In this document: positions 54,443-64,000 of the stretch, in pieces | Layout: every line of letters starts with the position of its first letter | Position numbering within the stretch: the first letter of the stretch is position 1 | Source: Planctomycetota bacterium | GTDB lineage: Bacteria; Planctomycetota; UBA1135; UBA2386 | Assembly (NCBI GenBank): GCA_046290465.1 | Contig: JBKAGP010000001.1 | Location: forward strand, 2,176,001 to 2,240,000 | Direction: 5' to 3' | DNA length: 64,000 nucleotides | Notes under the pieces: generated by a model | The model's database searches: none | What the model saw: the letters and a program-made list of their open reading frames with translations, nothing else | Told to the model about the DNA's origin: nothing | Position numbers and translations under genes: made by a program

Positions 54443-57010
54443 ATGACGCTCTCCGGCAACGCGGACGACCAGGAGCTGCTGCTGACGCTGGCGCGGCGGG
54501 CGTTCGACCTGATGGACGAGGGCAAGGAGGTCGATCCGGCCGAGATCTGCGCCGCGCACCCGCACCTTGCCGGCCCGTTGCGCGACGTGCTCGGGCTCAA
54601 CGACGCGCTGCCCGATCTCAGCCGCGAGGCGAAGCACGGGGACCCGCTGCAGGGCATGGTGCTCGGCCAGCGCTACGAGCTGTCGACCTGCCTCGGGCGC
54701 GGCGCGATGGGCGTCGTCTACCTCGCGCAGGATCGCGAGCTGCGCCGCGAGGTCGCCGTCAAGATCCTGGACGCGCGGCTGTTCCGCGACGAGCAGGCGG
54801 AGGCGCGCTTCCAGCTCGAGGCCGAGGTGCTGGCGGCGCTGCAACATCCCAACGTCGTCGCCGTGCACGACCGCGGCCGCACCGAGGAGGGCGTGCACTT
54901 CCTGGTGATGGAACGGCTTGCCGGCACGACGCTCGCCGATCTGCTGCGCACCATCACCGACGGCACCGATGCTGGCGCCGCCGTCGCCGAGGCGCTCGAC
55001 GAGCCGCCGACCGAACGCATGTGGCCGCGGCAGGTCGCCAGCTGGGCGCGCGATCTCGCGGCGGCGCTCGGCACTGCGCACCAGCGGCAGCTGGTGCACC
55101 GCGACGTCAAGCCGTCCAACGTGTTCGTGACGCGAAGCGGCCGGCCGGTGCTGCTCGACTTCGGCATCGCGACGCGGCAGACCGACGCGCGCCTGACCGC
55201 GACGCACATGACGCTCGGCACGCCGTGGTACATGGCGCCCGAACAGATCGGCGCCGACCCGACGCGGTCGACGCAACCGACGCTCGACGTCTACGGCATG
55301 GGCGCGACGCTGTTCCACCTGCTGTCGAAGCGGCCGCCGTACGAAGGCGACGTCACCACCGTGCTGGCCGCGCTCAAGGACCAGGACCCGCCGCCGCTGC
55401 TGCAGCTCGTGCCCGACCTGCCGCACGACCTCGCGGCGATCACCGAGAAGTGCCTCGAGCGCAACCCGGACGACCGCTACCGCGACGGCCACGAGCTGGC
55501 GCGGGACCTCGACGCGTTCTTGCACCACCAGGCGGTCTCGGCGCGGCCGATCGGCACGATGGCGCGTCGGTTGCGGCAATGGCGGCGAGCGCCGGCGCGA
55601 CCGCTGGCGATCCTGTTGACCGCGCTGCTGCTGCCGATCACCGTGGTCGCGCTGGTCTACTGGCAGGACGAACGGCAGCGCACCGCGCGGCAGCAGAAGC
55701 TGCAGCTGTATGCGACCGAGCCGACGCTGCTGGCGATCGAAGGGGCGCCGCACGAGCGTGCGCTGCCGGCGATGCAGCAGCAGAACGAGGTCGCCGTCGC
55801 GTTGCTGGACCGGATCCTGGCGCTCGACGGCCGCGACCTGCCGGCGCGGCTGCGGCGCGCCAGCCTGCTGCTCGACCTCGATCGCAGGAGCGAGGCGGTC
55901 GCCGAGATGCGCACGATCGCCGACCAGCAGGGCGGCGCGTGGTTCGCCGCGCTGGCCGATCGCTATGCGCGGCACGACCGCGACCAGCAGGGCGTGCTGG
56001 CGATCGACACCGACGGCCTGCCGGCGCCCGCGACGCCCGAGGAGCACTACGCGGCCGGCTTCCTGGAGCTGCGCCGCCGTCACGTGCCGGGCTATGCCGG
56101 CCGCGCCGAGCCGCTGCTGCGACGGGCCGGCGAGGCGTTCCTGCCGGCGCGCGGCCTGCGGCTGTTGGCGCTGGCGTCGCTGGCGGAGACGACGCGCGAC
56201 CGCGCCCGGCGCGAGGCCTACCGGCAGGAGCTCTACGACGAGTGCGTCGCGCTCGAGGAGACCTACGGCATGCAGACGGCGCGCACCCAGACGATGCGCG
56301 GCACGGCGCTGCTGCTGGCCGGCGACTTCGCCGGCAGCGAACGGTTCTTCCTGCGTTCGATCGAGCTGCGGCCGGACCGCCATCCGCCGCACAACAACCT
56401 GGCGATCGCCTACCGCCGCCTCGGCCGGCTCGCCGACGCCGAACGGCACCTGCGCGAGGCGCAGCGCATCCTGCCGTTCTCGTGGCGGACCAAGTACACG
56501 CTGGCACAGGTGAGCCGCGACCTCGGCAAGCTCGAAGCGGCTTACCAACAGGCGCGCGGGTTGCCCGACAACGGTCCGCCCGGCGCCGACTGGCGGCAGT
56601 CGCGGCTGCTGGCGAGCATCGCGCTGCAGCAGGCGATGCGCACGTTCCGCGACGATCGCGCCGCCGCCCGCACGTTCGCGACGCGGGCGGCCGACCACCT
56701 GCGCAAGGCCCTCGCCGTGCGCGAGTCGGCCACCGACCAGCTGCACCTGACGATGCTCGACGCGATCGCCAGCGACGCCCCGTCGACCAGCGCGATCCCG
56801 TTCGCGGCGGCGCTGCTCGACGACCCGATGCAGCCGCACGGGCTGCGCAACCTCGCATTCCTGCTGCCGGCCGAGGGGCTGGACGCGGCCCAGACCGCGT
56901 GGGTCGCGGCGATCCTGCGCAAGGTCGCGGCCGAGCTGTGCGACGGCAACGAGGCCCTGCGGCAGGAGCTGCTGCAGGAGGTCGAAGCCGGGCTGCAGAA
57001 GTTCCGTTGA
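54443..57010 (+). CDS. Ser/Thr kinase with TM and TPR region (module D)
   Basis: GRGAMG, VAVK, HRDVKPSN, DFGIA, GTPWYMAPE; TM LAILLTALLLPITVVALVYW. Confidence 0.93.
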   Translation: MTLSGNADDQELLLTLARRAFDLMDEGKEVDPAEICAAHPHLAGPLRDVLGLNDALPDLSREAKHGDPLQGMVLGQRYELSTCLGRGAMGVVYLAQDRELRREVAVKILDARLFRDEQAEARFQLEAEVLAALQHPNVVAVHDRGRTEEGVHFLVMERLAGTTLADLLRTITDGTDAGAAVAEALDEPPTERMWPRQVASWARDLAAALGTAHQRQLVHRDVKPSNVFVTRSGRPVLLDFGIATRQTDARLTATHMTLGTPWYMAPEQIGADPTRSTQPTLDVYGMGATLFHLLSKRPPYEGDVTTVLAALKDQDPPPLLQLVPDLPHDLAAITEKCLERNPDDRYRDGHELARDLDAFLHHQAVSARPIGTMARRLRQWRRAPARPLAILLTALLLPITVVALVYWQDERQRTARQQKLQLYATEPTLLAIEGAPHERALPAMQQQNEVAVALLDRILALDGRDLPARLRRASLLLDLDRRSEAVAEMRTIADQQGGAWFAALADRYARHDRDQQGVLAIDTDGLPAPATPEEHYAAGFLELRRRHVPGYAGRAEPLLRRAGEAFLPARGLRLLALASLAETTRDRARREAYRQELYDECVALEETYGMQTARTQTMRGTALLLAGDFAGSERFFLRSIELRPDRHPPHNNLAIAYRRLGRLADAERHLREAQRILPFSWRTKYTLAQVSRDLGKLEAAYQQARGLPDNGPPGADWRQSRLLASIALQQAMRTFRDDRAAARTFATRAADHLRKALAVRESATDQLHLTMLDAIASDAPSTSAIPFAAALLDDPMQPHGLRNLAFLLPAEGLDAAQTAWVAAILRKVAAELCDGNEALRQELLQEVEAGLQKFR

Positions 57011-57042
57011 CAGCGGGGCCGCCCCACCGGGCCCGCCGCGCG

Positions 57043-57048
57043 TAGAAT
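57043..57048 (+). promoter_or_regulatory. -10 box TAGAAT 7 nt before ATG (probable leaderless transcript)
   Basis: TAGAAT-N7-ATG(57056), no SD sequence. Confidence 0.55.
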
Positions 57049-57055
57049 GCCGCGC

Positions 57056-58546
57056 ATGTCCATGCTCGCACGGCTGACCACCTGCGCCGCGATCAGCGCG
57101 GCCCTCGCGACGGCGCCCCGCGCCCAGAACGACGAGTCCCGCGGCCTGCTCGCCGGCGCCGCTACGACGCTGCTGGTCGACGGCGGCGCCGGCGGCGCGT
57201 CCGACAGCGACACGCTGGTGCACCCCAACGGCTTCTCGCAGGCGGCACCGCTGACGTTCGCGGCGAGCAACATCGGTGCACCGAGCCTGGCGAGCGTGTT
57301 CGCGTTCCACGGCAACCCGGCCGGCATCGACGTCGACGCGTTCAGCACCGGCCGCGACGACCTGCTGATCGACACGCTCGGCGAGCTGTCGGTGCCGCCG
57401 CTCAGCTGGAGCGTCTGGTCGTTCTCGCTGCGGGTCGGCGCGGTCGGCAAGGTCGGCTCGCGCATCGAGGCGGAGGCGCAGAACGGCGCGGTCGGCGCGG
57501 CGTTGTTCTCGTACGTGCTGCCTGGCAGCAACCTGCCGCCGGAGGTCGTCGACGTGACCGAGCGCTCGCACTCGCGCAAGGACCTCGGCGTCGGCAACGG
57601 CCCCAACACCGAGGTCGACGGCCTCGACTTCCCGCTGATCCTCGGTCGCGACCAGCAGCTCAACGCGGGCGGCCCCGGGGTCGCGATCGAGCCGGGCTTC
57701 GCGCCGCTGCTGTCGATCCCGGAGACGATCTACTTCTCGGTCACCGACGCGTCGAAGCACAACGTGCCGGCGGCGTGGTGGACGACGCTCGGCGGCGTCA
57801 CCACCGCACCGAGCGGCGCGTCGATCCTGTGCTGCTTCCGCAGCGCGTTCGGCAGCCCGTGGACGGCGCCGCGCGTCTACCTGCCCTACTACGAGCTCGG
57901 CCTCGGCGTGCACGAAGACCTCGACGCGCTGGCACTCGACACCGTTCGCGACAACGTCGTCTACTCGGTCGAGGGCACGCTGCGCGACCAGTTCTTGTTC
58001 TACTACTTCGGCACCGACGACGGCGGCGCGCCGCCGGCGACGCCGGTGACGAGCAACGGCCAGAACGTCAGCGACAAGGTCGGCAAGGCGTCGATCGACG
58101 ACGTCGACGCGATCTGCACGCTCGATCCGGTGATCGGGTCGATCGGCACGCCGCCGCCCGGCGGCGACGACTTCGGTTCGTCGTGTGGCGCACCGCAGCC
58201 GGGCCTGCTCGGCGTGCCCGAGATCAGCGGCTCGGCCTATCGCCGCTATGAGAACGGCACCACCTACGTCGACACGTTCCTGGTCGGGTGGCCGCCGATC
58301 GCCGGCCGGGCGCCGGGCTTCGCCGCCGCGTTCCTGACGATCGGCAACTCGATCCAGCTGCTGCCGATCGGCGGCATCCAGGTGCGCGATCCGAGCAACC
58401 AGATCGCCGGCGACCCGCGCACCGCGACGTTCGTGCTGCCGGCGACGATCGCGCTGAGCAACTTCGACTGCACCTGCCGCTGGGTCGCGCTCGACTTCGT
58501 CACCGCCGAGATCGCCGAGGCGTGGCCGGTGCGCATGTTCCTGTGA
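57056..58546 (+). CDS. Secreted protein with divergent copy of the shared C-terminal domain
   Basis: Signal APRA|Q; 'IDVDA/EVDG/DLDA/DVDA' acidic repeats; C-terminus 'FGSSCG...FVLP......CRWVALD'. Confidence 0.78.
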   Translation: MSMLARLTTCAAISAALATAPRAQNDESRGLLAGAATTLLVDGGAGGASDSDTLVHPNGFSQAAPLTFAASNIGAPSLASVFAFHGNPAGIDVDAFSTGRDDLLIDTLGELSVPPLSWSVWSFSLRVGAVGKVGSRIEAEAQNGAVGAALFSYVLPGSNLPPEVVDVTERSHSRKDLGVGNGPNTEVDGLDFPLILGRDQQLNAGGPGVAIEPGFAPLLSIPETIYFSVTDASKHNVPAAWWTTLGGVTTAPSGASILCCFRSAFGSPWTAPRVYLPYYELGLGVHEDLDALALDTVRDNVVYSVEGTLRDQFLFYYFGTDDGGAPPATPVTSNGQNVSDKVGKASIDDVDAICTLDPVIGSIGTPPPGGDDFGSSCGAPQPGLLGVPEISGSAYRRYENGTTYVDTFLVGWPPIAGRAPGFAAAFLTIGNSIQLLPIGGIQVRDPSNQIAGDPRTATFVLPATIALSNFDCTCRWVALDFVTAEIAEAWPVRMFL

Positions 58547-59181
58547 GCGGCGAGTGGCAGCAGCTGCAGCCGGCCATCGCCGCGGCGGCGCGCGGCGACA
58601 AGGCGGCGCAGGACCGCGTCGTCGAGCTGTGCTACGAGCACGTGCGCAAGGTCGTGCACCGCGACCTCGACCGGGACTTCCGCAAGAACCACGGCTGGAT
58701 CATGCCGTTGTTCAGCACCCATGACGTCGTGCACGAGGTGCTCGGCAACGTCGTCGCCGAGCTGCAGGACACGTCGTTCGAAGGGCCACAGCGGTTCTAC
58801 GCCTACCTCGGCACGCTGGTGCGGCACCGCCTGCTCGACGCGGTGCGCTTCCACGAGGCGGCGCGTCGGGACGTTCGCAAGCAGGCGCACGAACCGACCG
58901 TCGGCATGGCCGCGGTCGCGCGCGACGACCGCGAGGCCACGCCGACGCTGGCCGCATCGCTCGGCGAACGCGCCGGCATCGTGCGCGAGGTGCTCGACGA
59001 GTTTCCCGAGCGGCAGCGCCGTCTGCTCGAGATGCGCCTGCTCGAGGACACCAGCTGGCCACGCATCGCCGAACAGCTCGGCTACGCCAGCGACGACACC
59101 GCCCGCCAGGCCTTCCGCGGCGCCCAGGTCCAACTCCTCGTCAAACTCCGCATCCGCGGCCTCGGCAAGACCAGTCCGTGA
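58543..59181 (+). CDS. ECF sigma-70 factor (kinase-associated type), module D
   Basis: 'AAARGDKAA', 'FSTHDVVHE', 'F.AYL...VRHRLLDAVR', 'ATPT', 'SWPRIAEQLG'; GTGA overlap with upstream secreted gene. Confidence 0.88.
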   Translation: MSGEWQQLQPAIAAAARGDKAAQDRVVELCYEHVRKVVHRDLDRDFRKNHGWIMPLFSTHDVVHEVLGNVVAELQDTSFEGPQRFYAYLGTLVRHRLLDAVRFHEAARRDVRKQAHEPTVGMAAVARDDREATPTLAASLGERAGIVREVLDEFPERQRRLLEMRLLEDTSWPRIAEQLGYASDDTARQAFRGAQVQLLVKLRIRGLGKTSP

Positions 59182-59313
59182 GCTTGGTTCCGGGAGCTGT
59201 CCTCACCAACCACCGGCGGCGCGTCGCGCCAGCGCGGCAGCCCCCCAACGCAAGAACCCCGGCCCCGGGCATCGGCCCAGGAGCGGGGTTGGCGAACGGT
59301 CCAGCCAGCGCGA

Positions 59314-61338
59314 TCAGTTGGCGAACTCGAGGCTGTCGATGATCACCGAGCCTTGCGACCGGCCCGGCACGTTGAAGTAGGCGTAGACCCACCAGACATC
59401 CGTCGGATCGAAGTTGCTGAACGCGCTCAGCGGCACCCGGATCGTGGTCATCGCCGTCTTGGTGTAGTCACCCTGCGGGTAGGGGAACGGGTAGGTGATG
59501 AACGCGTCCGGGTAGGTGATGCTGCCGTAGTCGCTCAGCCGCACGTAGTTCGACCAGCCAGCGCCGCTGTAGAAGCGCAGCGAGAAGTCCTGGTCCTGCC
59601 CCGGCGTGTTCCAGGCGTCCAGGTAGTCCTGGGCGACGCGGATGCTGATGTAGCCGTAGTTGGACACGTCCCGCGCCTGGCCGACGAACGGCACCGTCGC
59701 GCTCGGGATGTTCCAGCCGACGCGGCCGGTGCTGTTCTGCCACTTGACCCGCATGCCGCGGGTGTCGTGCGGCGCCGACGGATCCATCAGGTAGAGCTCG
59801 TTCTCGGCGGCGACCGCGATGCCGGCGTTGGTCGTCACCTGCCCACCGCGGGTGTTGGTGTTGAGGCCGCCCTGCTCGAAGTTGTCGACCACGCGCTTGC
59901 CCGGCTTCTGGAACTGCGTCTGCGGGTAGACGTCCTCGAGGCGCACCGACGTCGGCGTGCCGCGGCCGTCGAAGTAGGCCTGGTAGTCCGAGTCGTTGAA
60001 CACGCGCCAGTGCAAGAACGCGTTGATGTAGCCCCTGGCGATGTCGCGGTGCGTCTCGCAGCCGATGGTGCCGCCCTCGGCCAGGTTGCAGCCGTCGAGG
60101 AAGCCGCGGTGCGTGGCGCCGTCGACGTAGACCAGGCTCTTGGTCACGTTGCTGGCCGGCAGCAGCAGGCCTTCGACCGACGACTCGGTGCCGGCGCGGT
60201 CGTAGATCGCGAACACCGTCTCCTCCGGACCGTTCAGCGGATCCTCGAGGCGGATGCCGCGAACGTCCGGGTCCCGCGAGCCGTAGAGTCCCAGGAACGA
60301 CGGCGCGATGTCGCCGGTGATGGTCTCCTTCGGATCGGCGATCGAGCCACCACCGTCGGTCGGCGCGATCGAGACGATCGCCTTGACGTCGTAGGAGATG
60401 TGGCCGAGCGACGGGTCGTCACGCAGCATGCGCGCCGCGGTGATCGCCGCCTCGCCGCCACGGCTGTGCCCCATGAACACGACGTCGTCGCTCAGCCGGT
60501 TGCTGTAGCCCCAGAACTGGTGCATCGCGTTGAGGTAGCTGATCGCCTGGCGCGCGCGGCCTTCGTTGGTGCCGCTCATGTGGCCACCGTTGGCGATGCT
60601 GCAGGTCACGAAGCCGTTCCGCGCCAGGTGCGCCATCAGGTAGTCGTGGTCCTGGTGGTCCATGCCGTTGCCGTGCATGAAGATCACGATCGGGCGGCCG
60701 TAGGGAGGGCCGTCGTTGCTGTTGCACGTCGACGACGGCCAGCGCACCCGACCGTTGACCGTCGGCACGCCGTCACCCGGATAGTTCCAGTTGAGCGTCT
60801 GCACGTAGTAGCACGGGTATTCGACCGACGTGACCGGGTCGACCGTCGGCGACTGGCCGGGGAAGTAGAGGTCGAGCCCGCGGCTGGTCTCGATGTTCAT
60901 CGCGCCGTCGAGCGTCGCGGCCTGCGCGTAGAGCGAACCCTGCGCCCAGCCGGGGATCGTGACCGGGAAGCTGACGTCGCCGTTGACGTCACAGATGCCG
61001 GCGGTCAGCGACACCGGGTTGGTCAAGACGGTGCAGCCGCTCGGCAGCGGGATCGCCGCCTGGTCGAAGCCGAGCGCCATCACCGCCAGTTGGAACGGGT
61101 CGCCGCCGGCCTCGAAGCTCAGCGCGTGGTCGCCGTTGGGCGCGATGCTGTCGGAGACCGACAGGGTCACGCCACAGTTGCTGCCGTAGCTCTCGACGAT
61201 CGCCGGGTCGGTCACCTGGGCGGTCGCGGTCGCGGCCAGGGCGGCTGCGCCGAAGACCGGGGCCAGGCGGTGCAAAGGATTGCTGCGCGACGAGTTGTGC
61301 CGGCAGCGGGAAGAGGGACGAAGCTTGCGAATGGTCAT
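59314..61338 (-). CDS. Secreted alpha/beta-hydrolase with N-terminal copy of the shared domain and C-terminal beta-sandwich
   Basis: Signal TATA|Q; 'YGSNC...LYAQAATLD...SRGL'; 'FMHGN', 'HLARNGF', nucleophile elbow GHSRGG. Confidence 0.85.
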   Translation of the reverse strand: MTIRKLRPSSRCRHNSSRSNPLHRLAPVFGAAALAATATAQVTDPAIVESYGSNCGVTLSVSDSIAPNGDHALSFEAGGDPFQLAVMALGFDQAAIPLPSGCTVLTNPVSLTAGICDVNGDVSFPVTIPGWAQGSLYAQAATLDGAMNIETSRGLDLYFPGQSPTVDPVTSVEYPCYYVQTLNWNYPGDGVPTVNGRVRWPSSTCNSNDGPPYGRPIVIFMHGNGMDHQDHDYLMAHLARNGFVTCSIANGGHMSGTNEGRARQAISYLNAMHQFWGYSNRLSDDVVFMGHSRGGEAAITAARMLRDDPSLGHISYDVKAIVSIAPTDGGGSIADPKETITGDIAPSFLGLYGSRDPDVRGIRLEDPLNGPEETVFAIYDRAGTESSVEGLLLPASNVTKSLVYVDGATHRGFLDGCNLAEGGTIGCETHRDIARGYINAFLHWRVFNDSDYQAYFDGRGTPTSVRLEDVYPQTQFQKPGKRVVDNFEQGGLNTNTRGGQVTTNAGIAVAAENELYLMDPSAPHDTRGMRVKWQNSTGRVGWNIPSATVPFVGQARDVSNYGYISIRVAQDYLDAWNTPGQDQDFSLRFYSGAGWSNYVRLSDYGSITYPDAFITYPFPYPQGDYTKTAMTTIRVPLSAFSNFDPTDVWWVYAYFNVPGRSQGSVIIDSLEFAN

Positions 61339-61521
61339 CTCGGTATCGATTTGGTGGTGGTTTCCTTGAACACCCCCACGAGCCCGAGGCCCGCGCCGAC
61401 CCGTGTACCCCCGCCGAGGTTTTTCGTCGCTCGCCGCCGCCCGCGCACGACCGGACACATCTGTCTGGTCGGCAGCAGGTTGCGCGCGCCGTTCGGCGGC
61501 TCGGCCGCTACTTCTGCGCCG

Positions 61522-61812
61522 GTGACGCACTACGTGAAGGAGAAGTTCGGCATCGCCGCCGAGATCCTGAGCCGGGACGGCAGCCAGCAGAACCGGCTGC
61601 TGCGCGCCCTGAAGGAGGTCATCCACTGCGCGGAGGGCGACTTTCCGACGCCGGAGCTGGCCGAACGCTGGCAGCGCATCCTCGACGAGGCGGCCCAGGC
61701 GGACAGCGAGATGGGTCGGGTGCCCAAGACGATCGCCGGCATGAGCCTGGCCGAACGCAGCGCGCTCGAACGCCAGCTGCTGGACCTCGCCGAGCGCATC
61801 GCGTCGGCCTGA
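61522..61812 (+). CDS. Small helical hypothetical protein
   Basis: GC3-biased frame 'VTHYVKEKFGIAAEIL...'; start inferred. Confidence 0.55.
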   Translation: MTHYVKEKFGIAAEILSRDGSQQNRLLRALKEVIHCAEGDFPTPELAERWQRILDEAAQADSEMGRVPKTIAGMSLAERSALERQLLDLAERIASA

Positions 61813-61874
61813 CCGATACGCGCCGCCAGACGGGGTTCGCAGCGACCGCCCGCCCATCTATGGTCTCGGCCGGA

Positions 61875-62987
61875 ATGCGATTCGCCCAGCCCGCTCCCGA
61901 CGTATACACCGCCTCGACCTACCTCGGCCCGATCCGCTGGCTCGGGCTGCCGTTCGCGCTGGCGAGCCTGATGCCGCTGTCGGGGGCGCTCGGCCTCGTC
62001 GAGGTGCAGATGGAGGGCGGCGGCGAGGCGCCGACGCTGTTCCTGGTGCTGTTCGCCATGCCGTTCCTGGGCATCGGCCTCGGGCTGATGTTCTGGAAGC
62101 GCGAGATCACGGTCGACCGGCGCACCGGGGAGGTCCACAAGCTCGCCGGCCTGTTCGTGCCGTTCCAGCGCCGGGTGCGCAAGCTCGACTCGTTCGAAGC
62201 AGCGGTGCACGACAAGCGCGTCATCCGCGGACAGAAGTCGAACCGCACCGTCTATCCGGTGCTCCTCGAGACGCCGGGCGGCGGCGGCTTCGAACTGCTG
62301 CACTGCCGCAACAAGCGGCAGGCGCGCGCGGTCGCCGAGTGGCTGGCGCGGCACGGCGGCTACGCCGTCGTCGACCGCACCAGCGGCACCGACCAGCGCC
62401 GCGAGTTTGCCGACATCGACACGTCGCTGCGCGCGCGGCGCGAACGCGACGGCGAGCGGCCGGAGCCAGGAGCGCCGCCGGCGAAGATGCGCAGCCGGCT
62501 CGACGCGCGCGACGGCGCGATCACCATCGAGATCCCGGCGCACGGCATGCAGCCGCTGCTGGTGATCGGCATGCTGTTCGCGACCGCACCGATCTGGATG
62601 GCGATGCTGTTCTTGTCGATGGGCCACGACGACGGCTCGCCCGACGGCTGGTTCGTCGCGCTCGCCTACGCGATGCCGTCGGCGATCACGCTGGGGCTGT
62701 GGACGGTGCTCGTCTACCACGGCCTGCGACGGTTCACGGTGCGGGCGAGCAACGACGAACTGCGGGTGCAGCAGGCCGGGCTGCTGCGGCGTTCGACGGT
62801 GATACCCGCGGACGAGATCGAGGAGCTGCACGTCGACGAGGACGGCGGCGGCTTCGACGCGTTCCTCGGCGGCGGCCCGCCGATCACGATCACGTCCGAC
62901 CACGCCGAGGTGGCGTTCGGGCAGACGCTCAAGCAGAAGGAGTCGGCCTACCTCGCCGAGGTGCTGCGCTGTGCACTGTCGGCGTGA
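61875..62987 (+). CDS. Membrane protein with two TM hairpins, each followed by a beta-rich domain
   Basis: Two pairs of hydrophobic helices; internally duplicated architecture. Confidence 0.7.
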   Translation: MRFAQPAPDVYTASTYLGPIRWLGLPFALASLMPLSGALGLVEVQMEGGGEAPTLFLVLFAMPFLGIGLGLMFWKREITVDRRTGEVHKLAGLFVPFQRRVRKLDSFEAAVHDKRVIRGQKSNRTVYPVLLETPGGGGFELLHCRNKRQARAVAEWLARHGGYAVVDRTSGTDQRREFADIDTSLRARRERDGERPEPGAPPAKMRSRLDARDGAITIEIPAHGMQPLLVIGMLFATAPIWMAMLFLSMGHDDGSPDGWFVALAYAMPSAITLGLWTVLVYHGLRRFTVRASNDELRVQQAGLLRRSTVIPADEIEELHVDEDGGGFDAFLGGGPPITITSDHAEVAFGQTLKQKESAYLAEVLRCALSA

Positions 62988-62997
62988 GCCGCGGCGG

Positions 62998-64000
62998 CTA
63001 TCGGTAGCGCAGCTGCGCCGTCGCCGTGCACGAGCGGTCGACGCGAAACCGGATCCAGTAGGCCGTCAGCTCGCGCGGCAACACGTCCGTGATCGGCTGG
63101 TCCGGCTGCAGCCGGTAGCGGCGGAAGCGGACCCAGCGGCCGTCGCCGGTCACGTCGAGCTCGGCGACCATCGTCACGGCGCGATCGGCCGAGACCGTCA
63201 GCTCCTTGTGGTCGAAGCCGCTCATCAAGAACGGCTCGGACGGCACGTCGGCCGCAACCTCGTGGTCGCGCCACGGCCCACCGCGACCGCGCGGCTTGCC
63301 GAGCTGCCACAGATCGTCGATCGCGCCCGCCCACAGCGCGCAGCGGCCGTCGTCCGAGCGCAGCACGTGCGGGTTGGACGCCGGCGCATCGGAGGCGACG
63401 CCGCTGACGACCAGCAGGCCGCGGTAGCCACAGAAGTCGTGCACCTGGAACCGGTGCGTCGCGATCGGTCGCAGCCTCGCGAAGCCGCCGGCGTTCGGCG
63501 CGGGCAGTTCGTAGAACGTGCCGTGGGCGTGGAACAGGTCGCGCTCGGTGACGACCTCGCGGTCGACACGGCAGCTGCCGAAGGTCGGGCGATCGAACGC
63601 CTCGTCGCCGAACGGCAGCCGCCACGCGCGGCCCTGGTCGTCGACGAAGCGCACCGACGCGGCGTCCTGCTCGAGCACGCCGGTCGGGATCGCCGCGTGC
63701 TCGCGCGTGTAGGTCGCGACGTCCGGCGCCTCGACGCGCCGCAGTTGCAGATCCTGGTCGAGCTCGTAGTAGCCGAGTTCGTCGCCGTCGGGGGTGCTGG
63801 CCAGCAGCGACAGCGTGCGCAGGTTGCCGCCGCGCGCCCGCAGCAGGCCGCCGGTGCACGGCCGCCCCGGCAGCGCCAGGCCGGCGAAGCGGGCAGCCGG
63901 GCGTTCGCTGCGCAGGTCGAGCTGCCGGTAACCGAACGCCGCGGTCAGCCCCTTGGTGTCGTGCTCCGCCACGACGCGGATCCACGGCTGCGGCACGGTC
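62998..64000 (-). CDS. Hypothetical protein, 5' end outside window
   Basis: Open frame to window edge; protein-like motifs 'REVVTERDL', 'GTFYELP', 'DDLW.LGKP.G.GGPW'. Confidence 0.75.
   Translation of the reverse strand, partial: TVPQPWIRVVAEHDTKGLTAAFGYRQLDLRSERPAARFAGLALPGRPCTGGLLRARGGNLRTLSLLASTPDGDELGYYELDQDLQLRRVEAPDVATYTREHAAIPTGVLEQDAASVRFVDDQGRAWRLPFGDEAFDRPTFGSCRVDREVVTERDLFHAHGTFYELPAPNAGGFARLRPIATHRFQVHDFCGYRGLLVVSGVASDAPASNPHVLRSDDGRCALWAGAIDDLWQLGKPRGRGGPWRDHEVAADVPSEPFLMSGFDHKELTVSADRAVTMVAELDVTGDGRWVRFRRYRLQPDQPITDVLPRELTAYWIRFRVDRSCTATAQLRYR

Overview
GC-rich bacterial chromosome segment, most likely Planctomycetota. This is an inference from the many ECF sigma/Ser-Thr kinase pairs, FG-GAP proteins and a bacterial Tsr3/DTW-like gene. 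Contents: (1) a five-gene MglA/MglB-type small-GTPase operon with extra roadblock proteins, a DUF4388-TPR-beta-propeller membrane protein and an MglA with a C-terminal transmembrane anchor; (2) four ECF sigma + Hanks kinase modules, three of them linked to a secreted protein; (3) six secreted proteins sharing an unnamed ~110-aa domain; (4) gcvT-gcvH-lipoate ligase; (5) LPS/lipid A genes (Kdo kinase-like, GT9, lpxL-like, lpxK, fabD) split by a 6.1-kb block bounded by identical 87-bp CTAG-flanked repeats, which carries a subtilase/PrcB-like pair, a RAYT-type transposase and tRNA-Arg(TCT); (6) several REP-like palindrome families, a candidate structured ncRNA, tRNA-Ser(TGA) and assorted housekeeping or hypothetical genes. 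No CRISPR array, rRNA or prophage was seen. Start codons were chosen by eye and family calls come from motif recognition, not database searches.
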